A DNA stretch of 64,000 nucleotides from an uncultured Planctomycetaceae bacterium (GCA_963815195.1 CAWFGE010000010.1:192001-256000); one strand, 5' to 3'; positions 32,367-43,228 are shown, counted from the stretch's first letter. Translations and numbers: made by a program. The notes: generated from the sequence alone by a model not told the origin.

Positions 32367-33597
32367 CTTTTGTACACTGCAATGCATCGAAATCGCTCGA
32401 AACCCCTTGAAATACAGGGGTTTCTTCATGCGCTTCATCCACCGCTTCCGAAGTATTTCGACCGATTTCGGTCGGTTGCTGCATCGGATTTTGCAGCGCT
32501 TTTTGGAAGTGCTCGTCGGTGATTTGGAGATAGTGGAGCTTCGCCACGTCCTCACTGTTATCGATCCACCCACACACAACATGAGCGGGATATAGCTCGC
32601 TGAGTTCGGTCTGCCGGGTTGAGCGGAGATTCTGCCAGATTTTCGGCCAGGGATTCAGCCCGGCTCGCTCAATAATCTTACGGAGCGTCGTTCCCGGGTT
32701 GGTGTGAGTCCGCAAATGGACGGGGAGAACATATGCGGTATTTCCCGTCAGTTCCAATTGGTCTTCCAGGTAGGGCCGAAGTTCCGGGAACAATGGGATG
32801 ACTCGCGAATTCCCGCCTTCATGGTGCTCTGTCTTCGGGCTGTGGATGGTGATGCGCGAATGCTCCCAATGCACGTCCTCCCATTTCAAGAGGGCCGGTT
32901 CGCTCGGCACGCGGAGACCACCGAAACGCGAAAGCGCAAACAGCAATCGCCAATTGGCGTCTGGGCACGCATCGAGGACTTTTTCGGCATCGTCCCGGCT
33001 CAGAAAGTGGTAACGCTTTGGATTGGCCAGGTTAGCGGATTTCAGGTCGGCGAACGGATTGTTCCCGATGAATCCCTTCTTCTTGGCATGGGCGAAAAAC
33101 TGTTTTGCGAATTGGCACCGCTTGCGGACCGTCGTCTCGGACAATTTCGCTTTCAGGAACAACCGCCATTCTTCCGCATCGCCCGCCGTGATCTCAGTGA
33201 CGGGTTTTTCCTTTCCAAAAAACTCCAGCAAGAGCCGGCGAGTTTGCCCCCATACCGTCAATGTCGCATCTTTCACGTCAGTCCGAAGGGCGAAGTAATA
33301 TTTAAGGTACTCTTCCAACGATTTTTCAAGATCCTGTGCAAATTCGGGTTTCGGGATCAGGCCCACGCGGGCGAGGCGTTCCGCCAGGCCGATCTCCAGT
33401 TGGGACACCCAACGAGCCGTTTCGGCATCAAGGGCGTGCCCGGAAAACTTGGCAGACACCAAATGCTCCACTCGAAGTTTGACAGCTTCGGCTTGCTTTT
33501 GCGGCATCTTGCCCAAGCGAATCGTGCGGCGTTTGCCATCGGGAGCGACGAATTGAATCTCACGACGCCCGTTTGGATGGCGAGTGATACTGGCCAT
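32305..33597 (-). CDS. Tyrosine recombinase/integrase
   Basis: N-terminal arm MASI..GRREIQF..KRRTIRLGK; catalytic-region motifs GGLRVPSE, SPKT, QNLRSTR and HYLQ. The 3' end overlaps the tRNA. Confidence 0.9.
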   Translation of the reverse strand: MASITRHPNGRREIQFVAPDGKRRTIRLGKMPQKQAEAVKLRVEHLVSAKFSGHALDAETARWVSQLEIGLAERLARVGLIPKPEFAQDLEKSLEEYLKYYFALRTDVKDATLTVWGQTRRLLLEFFGKEKPVTEITAGDAEEWRLFLKAKLSETTVRKRCQFAKQFFAHAKKKGFIGNNPFADLKSANLANPKRYHFLSRDDAEKVLDACPDANWRLLFALSRFGGLRVPSEPALLKWEDVHWEHSRITIHSPKTEHHEGGNSRVIPLFPELRPYLEDQLELTGNTAYVLPVHLRTHTNPGTTLRKIIERAGLNPWPKIWQNLRSTRQTELSELYPAHVVCGWIDNSEDVAKLHYLQITDEHFQKALQNPMQQPTEIGRNTSEAVDEAHEETPVFQGVSSDFDALQCTKVEDRGLEPLTFWLPARRSPN

Positions 33598-33927
33598 TGA
33601 AGGATCCTTTCTAAAACCTGCGCCAGGTAACGGCCACAAACGTCCCGCACAAAAGGGAAACGCCCGTGGCCAAAGGGAATGGCCGGAACATGCAACAACT
33701 TCATTATTCACTTCCGAGATTTTGAAATCCAGTATTTTTTGGGTTAATTGATCAAATCAATCCTCGCTTTGCACGTCGTTCGTTCTCTGGTGTGTTATGA
33801 CGGACTTTCACCTCGTTTCCAAGCTCCCGCGAAAAAGCGCATCCATGCGGAAGTTGGGGTTGAACATTTGCCGAGATCCGCGGAAGATGACATGGCTTGC
33901 GCCGATTGGACTTCGCAGGAAAAGGCA

Positions 33928-34130
33928 ATGAATATTACCAAAGAACAACTTGAGGCGGCCGAACACGGGAATGCCGTGGAAATCGACGAGAACGGCAAGC
34001 GATTTGTGCTTCTCAGCGGGGAAATCTTTGACCGTGTGCGGAAGCTGCTCTGGCAAATTCCTTCGAGGCCAACGGCTGGGATGCGCCGGGAATGGAGGAA
34101 TACGACAATTACGACGAGCATCGACGATGA
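33928..34130 (+). pseudogene. Putative antitoxin (frameshifted)
   Basis: MNITKEQLEAA..FVLLSGEIFDRVRKLL, then in another frame GWDAPGMEEYDNYDEHRR*. ATGA-coupled to the toxin. Confidence 0.55.
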
Positions 34131-34473
34131 ACAGGGGAGATGTGATCATCACGTATATTCCCCACGTCGGTTCTCACGGCGGGTCGAAACGTCCTGGTCT
34201 TGTTGTGCAGTCGGACACCAATAACGCCCGGATGAATGAAACGATCATCGCGGCGATCACCTCGAACATCTCCCGTGTTCAGGAACCGCATCAACTCCTG
34301 ATTGATCTTTCGACTCCAGAAGGCAAGGCGTCGGGATTGCTCCACGACTGGTTCGCTGCGAGCGGCTCCACACGATTCCCCAGGCCAACATAGACCGGGT
34401 GATCGGAAGTCTTTCGGATGACTTGATGAAGCAGATTGATGTGTGTTTGAAGGCGGCGTTGGGGATTTCGTAG
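34127..34473 (+). pseudogene. PemK/MazF-family toxin (frameshift near 34350)
   Basis: MNRGDVI..KRPGLVVQSD..N..TIIAAITS..GL, then VRCERLHTI..IGSLS..MKQIDVCLKAALG. Confidence 0.8.
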
Positions 34474-34496
34474 CTGAGCGTCGCAAATGCCGTCGA

Positions 34497-34952
34497 CTAT
34501 TGAAAGTCGGGGCGGGTCAGTGGTTGCCGGTAATACTCGATCTTCGCCAAAAGCTGACGATACTTTTGGGGGCCGATGTTGAGTTGCTGGAATCGGTTCT
34601 TGAGGCCCACGAGCATGTCCGCTTCCGAGAGCCGGCACCAATCCCAGGCCATCATCTCAAAATTGAACCAGCCGGCCGTCTCCCAGGCCACCAATCGCAT
34701 TTCTTGAATGTCGTCCCGCGTGTATCCGCGCTGAATTAGCTCATTGGCAAAGGCGGCGTAATATTCCGGATCGTGATCCGTGTCGAGGACCTCTTCCAGA
34801 ACGCATTCCCAGGATGTCAGGTTCGGCATTCGCGGCAACTTTGCGGAATCGTCTGCGCCGAGTTCGTCGAGAACTCGCAGCCCATCGAGAATCCGCCCGT
34901 TCCGCGCGACGCCTTTCAGGAACCGTTTTGTAATGAACCGGGCTGTGAACAT
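34497..34952 (-). CDS. Hypothetical protein
   Basis: 151-aa ORF with RBS-like GGAAGG and protein-like composition. Confidence 0.5.
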   Translation of the reverse strand: MFTARFITKRFLKGVARNGRILDGLRVLDELGADDSAKLPRMPNLTSWECVLEEVLDTDHDPEYYAAFANELIQRGYTRDDIQEMRLVAWETAGWFNFEMMAWDWCRLSEADMLVGLKNRFQQLNIGPQKYRQLLAKIEYYRQPLTRPDFQ

Positions 34953-35137
34953 CCGGCCCCCCTTCCAAGGTTACTGAATGATCCCATCCATTCTACGAAT
35001 CGAACCCGCCGCCGAACAAGAACCAAAGCGGCCCGATCAGATCAGAGACATTGCGGCTTTGTGTGTTATGATGGAGGCAGGTTTCGGCAGCGAACCCTGC
35101 AACACAAAAACTTCCCGGCGAAAGGCGGCTGCGGTCC

Positions 35138-35359
35138 ATGCTCGGCGATTTGATTGATCGGATAATGAGAAGCGTCGAGCAGGGCGTCGTAGTATTTTTA
35201 GGGCTGTTGTGCTGCCTGATCTTCGCCGTGAACGCCGTGCTGCTGATCTATCTCATCATGCGAAAAAGCAGCCACGGCCTGGCCCGCTGCCCGCGTTGCG
35301 GCCGGATGATCGCCTGTCCCCACTGCGCGGAAGACGATGAAGCCGAGGACGAGGCTTGA
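35138..35359 (+). CDS. Small membrane protein with CxxC-x5-CxxC zinc ribbon
   Basis: One hydrophobic helix, CPRCGRMIACPHC and an acidic tail. Confidence 0.55.
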   Translation: MLGDLIDRIMRSVEQGVVVFLGLLCCLIFAVNAVLLIYLIMRKSSHGLARCPRCGRMIACPHCAEDDEAEDEA

Positions 35360-35453
35360 TCCGCCGTCGCGCAGCTTTCATGCAGCCTTGCGGGCAATTG
35401 CAGGAAGCCGCTCGGAGCGTTACGCTGCATTGAACGCTGATTTTATTGAAAAT

Positions 35454-35535
35454 CTGAGCGGTAGGCGCTAGCCTCCGGTTTCGATGAAAGCAGACTCACA
35501 AAGTCAAAACCGGAGGTGAGCGTCTTGCCGCTCAG
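35454..35535. repeat. Inverted REP-like pair
   Basis: CTGAGCGGTAGGCGCTAGCCTCCGGTTT ... AAACCGGAGGTGAGCGTCTTGCCGCTCAG. Confidence 0.6.
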
Positions 35536-35594
35536 TTTTGCAGAGGAATATTTTGAAATACTTTTTGCGAGATTTGATTAAGGAGCCGCGCTGA

Positions 35595-37169
35595 ATGGCG
35601 CTTTCGACCGAGACGACCGACTGTCCTCTGGTGCGTTTGCATCCCGAGGACAACGTCGCGATTGCCAAACGTTCTGTGAAGAAAGATGTCCCTTTGACCT
35701 TCGCCCACGATGGTTCCACGCTCACCACGCGGGACGACATCGACTTGGGGCACAAGATGGCTTTGGTGCCGATCCCCGCCGGGCAGCCGGTGCGGAAGTT
35801 CGGCCAGATGATCGGCTTCGCCAATGCCGACATCGCTCCCGGCGAGTGGGTGCATTCGCACAACCTGGGCGTCGGCGAACTGCATTTGGATTATGCCTAC
35901 GCCAGCGAGACTCCGCCCGATCCCCAGCCCATCACCGGCCGGACGTTTATGGGTTACCGCCGCAGTGACGGCCGGGCCGCGACGCGGAACTACATCGGCC
36001 TCGTCAGCACGGTGAACTGCTCGGCGACCACCTCGAAATACGTCGCCCAGGCCATCTCGCCGATGATTTTGAAGGAGTTCCCCCACATCGATGGCATCGT
36101 GCCGTTGGTTCACAAAGGCGGCTGCGCAATGCAGCTCGAAGGCGAAGACCATCACCAGTTGGCCCGCACGCTCGCGGGGTTTGCCCGGCATCCGAACATC
36201 GCGGCTTATCTCGTGTTGGGCTTGGGCTGCGAGACGGCCCAGGCTTCGTTTCTGGTCGATCACCATCATCTCGTCCAACTCGAAGGCGGCAACAACGGCC
36301 GGCCAGAAAACAAATGGCCGCTGGTGATGAACATCCAGGACTACGGCGGCGTGCGGAAGACCGTGGACCGGGCCATCGGCGTTTTGAAGGAAATGCTGCC
36401 GAGGGCGAACGACGTGAAACGCGAGCCGATCCCCGCCGCCGAACTGATCCTGGGCACCGAATGCGGCGGCAGCGACGGGAACAGCGGCGTCACGGCGAAC
36501 CCGGCCGTGGGCATCGCCAGCGATCTGATGGTCGCCCACGGCGGCACGACGATCCTCAGCGAGACCACCGAAATCTACGGCGGCGAACACACCCTCACCC
36601 GCCGGGCCGTCAGCCGCGAGGTCGGCGAAAAACTCGTCGAGCGGATCAAATGGTGGGAGTGGTACACCAAAACCTTCAACATGACGATCGACAACAACCC
36701 CTCCGTCGGAAACAAGAAAGGCGGACTGACGACGATCTACGAAAAATCGCTGGGAGCGATCGCCAAGGGCGGCAGCACGGCCCTCAAACAAGTTTACCGC
36801 TACGCCGAGCCGGTGACGGAAAAAGGTTTCGTGATCATGGACACGCCCGGTTTCGATCCGGCTTCGGTCACCGGCATGGTCGCGGGCGGGGCGAACGTCG
36901 TCGTCTTTACGACAGGCCGCGGAAGCTGCTTCGGCTGCAAGCCCGTCCCCACAATCAAAATCGCCACCAACACGCCGATGTACGAGCGCATGATCGACGA
37001 CATGGACATCAACGCCGGCCGAATTATTGATGGAGCCGCCGTCGAAGACGTCGGCCGGGAGATTTTCGAGAAAATCCTCGCCGTCGCCGGCGGCGAAAAA
37101 ACCAAAAGCGAGCAACAAAACATCGGCGACGAGGAGTTCTGCCCCTGGACCTTCGGCCCGGTGTTGTGA
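35595..37169 (+). CDS. UxaA/GarD-family sugar-acid dehydratase with SAF domain
   Basis: DNVAIA, GHKMAL, HSHN, TRNYIG, CGGSDGNSG.TANP, NPSVGNKKGGL and FTTGRGS. Confidence 0.9.
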   Translation: MALSTETTDCPLVRLHPEDNVAIAKRSVKKDVPLTFAHDGSTLTTRDDIDLGHKMALVPIPAGQPVRKFGQMIGFANADIAPGEWVHSHNLGVGELHLDYAYASETPPDPQPITGRTFMGYRRSDGRAATRNYIGLVSTVNCSATTSKYVAQAISPMILKEFPHIDGIVPLVHKGGCAMQLEGEDHHQLARTLAGFARHPNIAAYLVLGLGCETAQASFLVDHHHLVQLEGGNNGRPENKWPLVMNIQDYGGVRKTVDRAIGVLKEMLPRANDVKREPIPAAELILGTECGGSDGNSGVTANPAVGIASDLMVAHGGTTILSETTEIYGGEHTLTRRAVSREVGEKLVERIKWWEWYTKTFNMTIDNNPSVGNKKGGLTTIYEKSLGAIAKGGSTALKQVYRYAEPVTEKGFVIMDTPGFDPASVTGMVAGGANVVVFTTGRGSCFGCKPVPTIKIATNTPMYERMIDDMDINAGRIIDGAAVEDVGREIFEKILAVAGGEKTKSEQQNIGDEEFCPWTFGPVL

Positions 37170-37192
37170 AATCCAGTGAAAGAGCGAAATAC

Positions 37193-38471
37193 ATGCGGGT
37201 GACTTTGGACTATGGCAAAACGGGATTGGAAGTCACGATCCCCGAGGCGAACGCGGTGGGGCCGTTGGAAATCCGGCGAGTCCAACCGCTCGACGATCCC
37301 GCCGGGGAACTGAGGGCGATTCTCGCGAACCCCATCGGCACGCCCGCTTTGCGCGAAATCGCCCAGGGCAAAAAGTCCGCCTGCATTTTGATCTGCGATG
37401 TGACCCGGCCTGTGCCGAACGAGCTCTTGCTGATAGGGATTTTGGAAACGCTCGAAGACGCCGGCGTCCCGCGCCGGGATTCTGCTCCTGATCGCCACGG
37501 GGCTGCATCGTCCGAATGAAGGGCGGGAACTTGTGGAACTCGTCGGCGAGAACATCGCCCGCAATTACCGCATCGAAAACCACGTCGGCAAGGACTTAAG
37601 TTCGCATCGTTACTTGGGAGAATCGCCGCGCGAGGTGCCGGTGTGGATCGATGAGCGGTATCTCGATGCCGAACTCAAGATCGCCACGGGCCTCATTGAG
37701 CCGCACATGATGGCCGGCTACTCCGGCGGGCGAAAGCTGATCTGTCCCGGCATCGCGGGGATCGAGACGATTCGGGAATGGCATAGCCCCCGGTTTTTGG
37801 AGCATCCGCGGGCCGACTGCGGCCTCTTGGAAGGCAATCCCGTTCACGAAGAAAACACCGCCATCGCCCGCATGGCCGGCTGCGATTTTATCGTGAACGT
37901 GACGCTCGATAAAACTCGTCAGATCACTTCCGTTGTCGCGGGCGATATGGAGCAAGCCTTCGAAGCGGGCGTGACGTTCGCGGAGCACATCCTGCGGGCC
38001 GAGCTTCCCGAACCCTGCGAAATCGTGGTCACCTCAAGCGCCGGCTATCCGCTCGATGCGACGTTTTATCAATCTGTCAAAGGCCTGACCGGCGTTTTGC
38101 CCATTGTGCAAGAAGGGGGGACGATCATCATTGCGGCCCGCATCAGCGAAGGCATCGGCAGCCCGGAGTTCGAGCGGTTGTTCGACGAGCACGAAAGCCT
38201 CGATGCCTTCATGCGGCAAATCATCGACCCGGAGTATTTTGTGATGGACCAATGGCAGTTGGAAGAACTCGCCAAAGTCCGCCGCAAGGCGAGGGTGATT
38301 TACGTCAGCGAAGGTCTGCCCGCGAAAACCTTTGAGCGGCTATTTGTCGAGTCCGCCTCCAGCGTGGAAGCCGCGATTGAAATTGCATTGAAGGAACATG
38401 GCCCCGACGCAAAAATCGCGGTCGTCCCCAAAGGGCCTTATGTGCTCACCCAACTGGCGGAGACGGTGTAA
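37193..38471 (+). CDS. LarA-family nickel-pincer racemase/epimerase (frameshifts near 37480-37530)
   Basis: DVTRPVP, ATGLHR (shifted frame), [22 protein letters not shown] and [13 protein letters not shown]. Confidence 0.85.
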
Positions 38472-38475
38472 ATCG

Positions 38476-38656
38476 CTCAAACTGTAAGCGTCCGGGTGGC
38501 TGGGCGCAGATTCCGCGATGAATAAAGTGATGCTAGCGAAGACTGGGGCAATGGACGCGAAAGAACCAACTCCCATCGCCCCAGTTTTCGGAGCGCGTTT
38601 TTCGTTTGATCCATTCCTGTGCGCCCCAGCCACCCTCACCCCTTACCGTTTGAGTA
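38476..38656. repeat. MITE/REP-like palindromic element
   Basis: Terminal IR CTCAAACTGTAAG / CTTACCGTTTGAG and internal IR GGGTGGCTGGGCGCA / TGCGCCCCAGCCACCC. Same family as 45772-46410. Confidence 0.7.
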
Positions 38657-38699
38657 AATGAGTAACTGTTTTCTATTCACCCTAGATGTAAGGACCACG

Positions 38700-40128
38700 A
38701 TGATGCGAAGACTGTTGACTGTTGGCCTGGCGCTCGCGATCGGGACGCTCGCGTTCTCGTCCCAGGCCTGGGCGGAACTGAAGCTCCCGGCGATGTTCAC
38801 GGACGGGGCGGTGCTCCAGCAGAATATGGAAGTCCCGGTCTGGGGTTGGGCCGATCCCGGCAAGGAAGTGCAAGTATCCTTTGCAGGCCAAACCAAATCC
38901 GCGAAAGCCAACGACGACGGCAAATGGTCCGTCAAGCTCGACAAGTTGAAAGTCAACAAAGCCGGCTGCGGAAATCCAGGTGAAGAGCGGCGACGATTCG
39001 CTTTCCGTCAAAGATGTCCTCGTCGGCGAAGTCTGGTTTTGCTCCGGGCAGTCCAACATGGAATTTGCGGTCCGAGGTTCGGTGAGGCCGGAGTCGGTCA
39101 ACCCGGACGAACTGCCGATGATCCGGCACATCAAAGTCCCCCACGTCCGCGCTCCGGAACCGGCCGACGATTTCAAAGGCGAATGGACGGTTTGCGATAA
39201 AAACAACGTCGGCAATTTCACCGCGGTCGGGTTCTTTTTCGCCTACGAGTTGCAAAAGGAACTCGATGTGCCCATCGGCCTCATCGGCTGCAACTGGGGC
39301 GGGACGCGGATCGAACCTTGGACGCCTCCCGCCGGTTTTGAAAAAGTCGAAGAACTCGACGCGAAATCGCTCAAAGACACTTCCAGCATGTACAACGGCA
39401 TGGTCGCCGCGGTCGAGCCTTACGCGATCCGCGGGGCGATCTGGTATCAAGGGGAATCCAACGGCAACGAAGGCGAAAGCTATTACCAGAAGATGCGGGC
39501 GCTCGTCGCCGGCTGGCGGGCGACCTGGCACGAAGGCGATTTTCCGTTCTACTTCGTGCAACTCGCCAATTTCCGCCAGCCCAATCCCGATCCGGCGGGC
39601 GGCGACGGCTATGCGAAACTCCGCGACGCCCAGCTCAAGTCCATGAAAAACATCCCCCACACCGGCATGGCCTGCATCATCGACATCGGCGAAGCCGGCG
39701 ACATTCATCCCAAGAACAAATACGACGTGGGCAAACGCCTGGCTCTGTGGGCGCTCGCCAAGGACTACGGGAAAAAGGATCTCGTTTATAGCGGCCCCAT
39801 CTATAAAAGCATGAAAGTCGAAGGCGACGAGGTGCACATCAAATTCGACCACGTCGGCGGCGGATTGATGGCCGCGAAGAAAGAAGGCCCCCGCAGCATC
39901 GAACCGCCCAAGCCCGCCGAGAAGCTGGAAGGTTTTGCGATTCAAGGGGCCGACGGCAAATGGCATTGGGCCGATGCCTCGATTGAGGGTGACGAAGTCG
40001 TCGTGACTTCGCCCGACGTCGACAAACCCAAAGCCGTCCGCTACGCGTTTTCGATGAACCCCGACAAAGCCAACCTCTACAACAAGGAAAACCTTCCGGC
40101 GAGCCCCTTCCGCACGGATGAGGATTGA
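38700..40128 (+). CDS. Sialate O-acetylesterase family (frameshift near 38968)
   Basis: Signal peptide, DGAVLQQ, GEVWFCSGQSNM, WYQGESN, DIHPKNK and LPASPFRTD. Confidence 0.9.
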
Positions 40129-40240
40129 CGGTTTGAGGAGCAAAGGCCGCAAAGTATGTTTCAGGAGAGCCAGGATCCGAAGCGTCGTCTTTCGGATGCT
40201 GGCTCTTCGATTTATTGTGACCGTGTAGTTGGAAAGTCGC

Positions 40241-40816
40241 TCAGTCGGCGTCGGGTGTCGAGCGGGGCTGCGGATCGTTGTTCGAGGAGTTCTTCATCCG
40301 CCGCGGTTCCTGCTCGAACTGCCGGACGGGATCTTCCGGAATGGGAACCGGAAAGTCCTGGCTGATGCCCAGTGGCGAATAGCCTTCCGGCATCACCGGG
40401 CCGGCCTCGCGAGACGAAGGATGCTGCGAGGAGCGGGAACCCATGGGTTCCGAACTCATCCCCGAGGATCGGCTCTGGCTGTCGCCGTCGTCCCACTGCG
40501 GCACGGGATCGGATTCCGAATCCACGCGGCCGCGCGCTTTGAGAATGTAGGACACGTCGCCGATTGTGATTTCATCGCCCAGCTTTACGGTGGCTTCTTT
40601 TTTGACCCGCCGGCCGTTCAAGCGGATGCCGTTCATGCTGCCCAGATCCCGGATCACAATTCGCGACTCCACCTGGGCGAGGCAGCAATGCTTGCGGGAG
40701 ACCTTCCGGCTCGCTTTGAGGATCACATCGCATTCGGGATGCCGGCCGATGAACACGACCGCCTTGTCCAACACGATGGGGCGTCCTCGATCGACGGGAA
40801 TCAAATACACTGCCAT
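40241..40816 (-). CDS. FHA domain protein
   Basis: IGRHPECD..VSRKHC..RDLGSMNG. Confidence 0.85.
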   Translation of the reverse strand: MAVYLIPVDRGRPIVLDKAVVFIGRHPECDVILKASRKVSRKHCCLAQVESRIVIRDLGSMNGIRLNGRRVKKEATVKLGDEITIGDVSYILKARGRVDSESDPVPQWDDGDSQSRSSGMSSEPMGSRSSQHPSSREAGPVMPEGYSPLGISQDFPVPIPEDPVRQFEQEPRRMKNSSNNDPQPRSTPDAD

Positions 40817-41108
40817 CTTGGGCCCTTTTGGGGGAAATCGCTCTAAGCGGTCTTGAATTGTCGCCCGACGGAGGCGAGCTTCCACGCGTTTGGATCGGCA
40901 CCCTGGCGCACTTCCCCTCATCTTACCGCAATTCAAATCGGGAAGAAAAGACTTTCTCGAAAGAAATCGACGGTGGGAAACCCGTGAGCGGAACGCTCCT
41001 AGGCGCCGGTGTGCCGCTCAAAGGCCGCCAACGCAAGCGAGCGGCCGGTTAGGGCCGCTCGAAGGATTTTTCGGGTTTTGCCGTCTGAAAGAGTTTCGCA
41101 CCCGCGCG

Positions 41109-41690
41109 TCAAACTCGCAGGCTCCACACAACGACCGACCAGGTGGCCACCGCCACGGGAACCGCATAGGCCATGATTCGCCGTTTCTGTTTCTGTTCGA
41201 CGCTTTCGGCCTTTTGCTTTTTCCCCGATTGGCCGGGCTGATCGGTGCCGATGTATTTGCGTTTGGCTTTTTTGGGTCCGTAGCGGAGGACGCTCCACAG
41301 CATCACGCCCATTGTGGAAAGCATCACTACGAGCGTGCTGACAATCAGCACGCGAAGCGTCAGCGTCACGCCGAGCCAGACGCTGAGCGCGCCCATCAGC
41401 TTCACATCGCCTCCGCCGCCTCCGCCGATCATCCACAGGACAAACAGCGTCCCAAATCCCGCCAAAAAGCCGAGCAAAGCGCTTTGAAGACCCGCCCCGG
41501 CGAGGGTCCCGTCGCCCGACCAGCCATTGAACGCGGTCTGATAGATCAATCCCGAGACGAACATGGGCAGCGTCAGCGCATTGGGAATGCGCAGAAATCG
41601 GCTGTCGGAAACCGCGCCGGCGAGCGTGAACCCGCCCACGGCTACGAGAAACACGATGAGTTGGAACGTCACGTCCGGCATGGCTGGCAT
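41109..41690 (-). CDS. Prepilin peptidase A24 family (CpaA/TadV-like)
   Basis: SD...RIPN, GGGDVKLMGA and transmembrane helices. Confidence 0.85.
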   Translation of the reverse strand: MPAMPDVTFQLIVFLVAVGGFTLAGAVSDSRFLRIPNALTLPMFVSGLIYQTAFNGWSGDGTLAGAGLQSALLGFLAGFGTLFVLWMIGGGGGGDVKLMGALSVWLGVTLTLRVLIVSTLVVMLSTMGVMLWSVLRYGPKKAKRKYIGTDQPGQSGKKQKAESVEQKQKRRIMAYAVPVAVATWSVVVWSLRV

Positions 41691-41872
41691 CCGCGGGGAA
41701 AGAGGCGGGACGATGCCGGCCGGCCCGCAAAGACCGGGCCGGCATCCTGCCCCAAGTCCAGCCGTCCCTGCCGAACAGTTTCACCATTCCTTGTGGAGAA
41801 CGTAGCTCACGTTTCCCCAAACCGCCCGCACCACTTTCCCATTTTGGCGAAGTTTCCCCGACTTGCTGCCAC

Positions 41873-41956
41873 TTGGGTGGCACGTCCCTGAGCGCAGCGA
41901 AGGGCGTGGCGAACGTGAAGACCACGCCCTTCGTTCCTCAGGGACGTGCCACCCAA
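41873..41956. repeat. Inverted REP-like pair
   Basis: TTGGGTGGCACGTCCCTGAG..CGAAGGGCGTGG / CCACGCCCTTCG..CTCAGGGACGTGCCACCCAA. Confidence 0.7.
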
Positions 41957-42027
41957 TCCGCGACTTCGGCGGGAAATCTGTTACAATCAGGCGGACCATT
42001 CTCAGCCGATTGACCGGGAGATTTGTG

Positions 42028-43008
42028 ATGCCGGATGCCGCCAAGCCGCGCGTGTTTGTGACGCGCCTGATTCCCGATGCGGGCCTGTCCCGGATCACGG
42101 CCGCCTGCGATGCCGACGTATGGACAGACCGCCTGCCGCCTTCGCGGGACGAATTGCTCAAGCGGGTCCAAGGCTGTGAGGGATTATTGACGCTGCTCAC
42201 CGAGGCGGTCGATGCGGAGTTGATGGACGCCGCGGGGCCGGAGCTTAAAGTCGTCAGCAATTATGCGGTGGGCTTTAATAACATCGATGTGAATGAGGCC
42301 AGCTCGCGGGGGATCCGCGTGGGCAACACGCCGGGCGTTTTGACCGAAGCCACCGCGGACATGGCGATGACGTTATTGATGGCCGCCGCCCGCAGGATTT
42401 GGGAAGCCGCCAGCGACGTGCGGGCCGGGCATTGGAAGACCTGGGAACCCAAAGGCTACGTCGGCGTGGATTTGGTGGGGAAGACGCTCGGCATCGTGGG
42501 CCTCGGCCGCATCGGATCGGCCCTCGCGAAGAAATGCCGGGGCGGGTGGGACATGCGGATTTTATATTACGATCAATACCAGAACGAAACCGCCGAGCGC
42601 GAACTCGGAGCGGAGCGCGTGGACTTGGAGACGCTGTTCGCGGAAGCGGATTTCGTCTCGGTGCATACGAACCTGGACGATGCCACGCGGGGCATGTTCA
42701 ACACGGAGGCCTTCGCCAAAATGAAGAACACCGCGGTCTTCATCAACACCGCCCGCGGCCCGCTGCACGATTCGGCCGCCCTCTATGACGCATTGAAAAA
42801 CGGTGAAATCTTCGCGGCGGGTTTGGACGTGACCGATCCCGAACCGATCCCGCCGGCGGATCCGCTGTTATCGCTGCCGAACTGCCTGATCGTCCCGCAC
42901 ATCGCGAGCGCCACGGTCTCCAGCCGCAACGGCATGGCCGAAATCGCCGCCGACAATCTGCTCGCCGGCTTAAAGGGCGAACCGCTCCGCTGCTGGGTCA
43001 ACCCGTAG
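42028..43008 (+). CDS. D-2-hydroxyacid dehydrogenase (glyoxylate reductase/D-glycerate dehydrogenase)
   Basis: AVGFNNID, GLGRIG, NTARG, GLDVTDPEP and PHIAS. Confidence 0.92.
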   Translation: MPDAAKPRVFVTRLIPDAGLSRITAACDADVWTDRLPPSRDELLKRVQGCEGLLTLLTEAVDAELMDAAGPELKVVSNYAVGFNNIDVNEASSRGIRVGNTPGVLTEATADMAMTLLMAAARRIWEAASDVRAGHWKTWEPKGYVGVDLVGKTLGIVGLGRIGSALAKKCRGGWDMRILYYDQYQNETAERELGAERVDLETLFAEADFVSVHTNLDDATRGMFNTEAFAKMKNTAVFINTARGPLHDSAALYDALKNGEIFAAGLDVTDPEPIPPADPLLSLPNCLIVPHIASATVSSRNGMAEIAADNLLAGLKGEPLRCWVNP

Positions 43009-43018
43009 CACGCCGCTC

Positions 43019-43162
43019 TTAGCGCTTGGCCGACTTCCTGACTTCTTCGCGAATCCTGGGCTTCTCCACATCCACTCCCCACGATTTCAGGGTTGGATAG
43101 GCCTCCCGCCGGACACCGTAGATCCGCACCTCGACGTCCTTGTTCTTCTGCGCGTGATACAT
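43019..43162 (-). other. Possible small ORF or gene remnant (47 aa)
   Basis: MYHAQKNKDVEVRIYGVRREAYPTLKSWGVDVEKPRIREEVRKSAKR*, with no clear RBS. Confidence 0.25.
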
Positions 43163-43228
43163 AGAGGCCCAATCTGGACGCGTTCAGCAGCTATTTGACG
43201 CGCTACCATCGCGCAGTGAAGTGCGACT

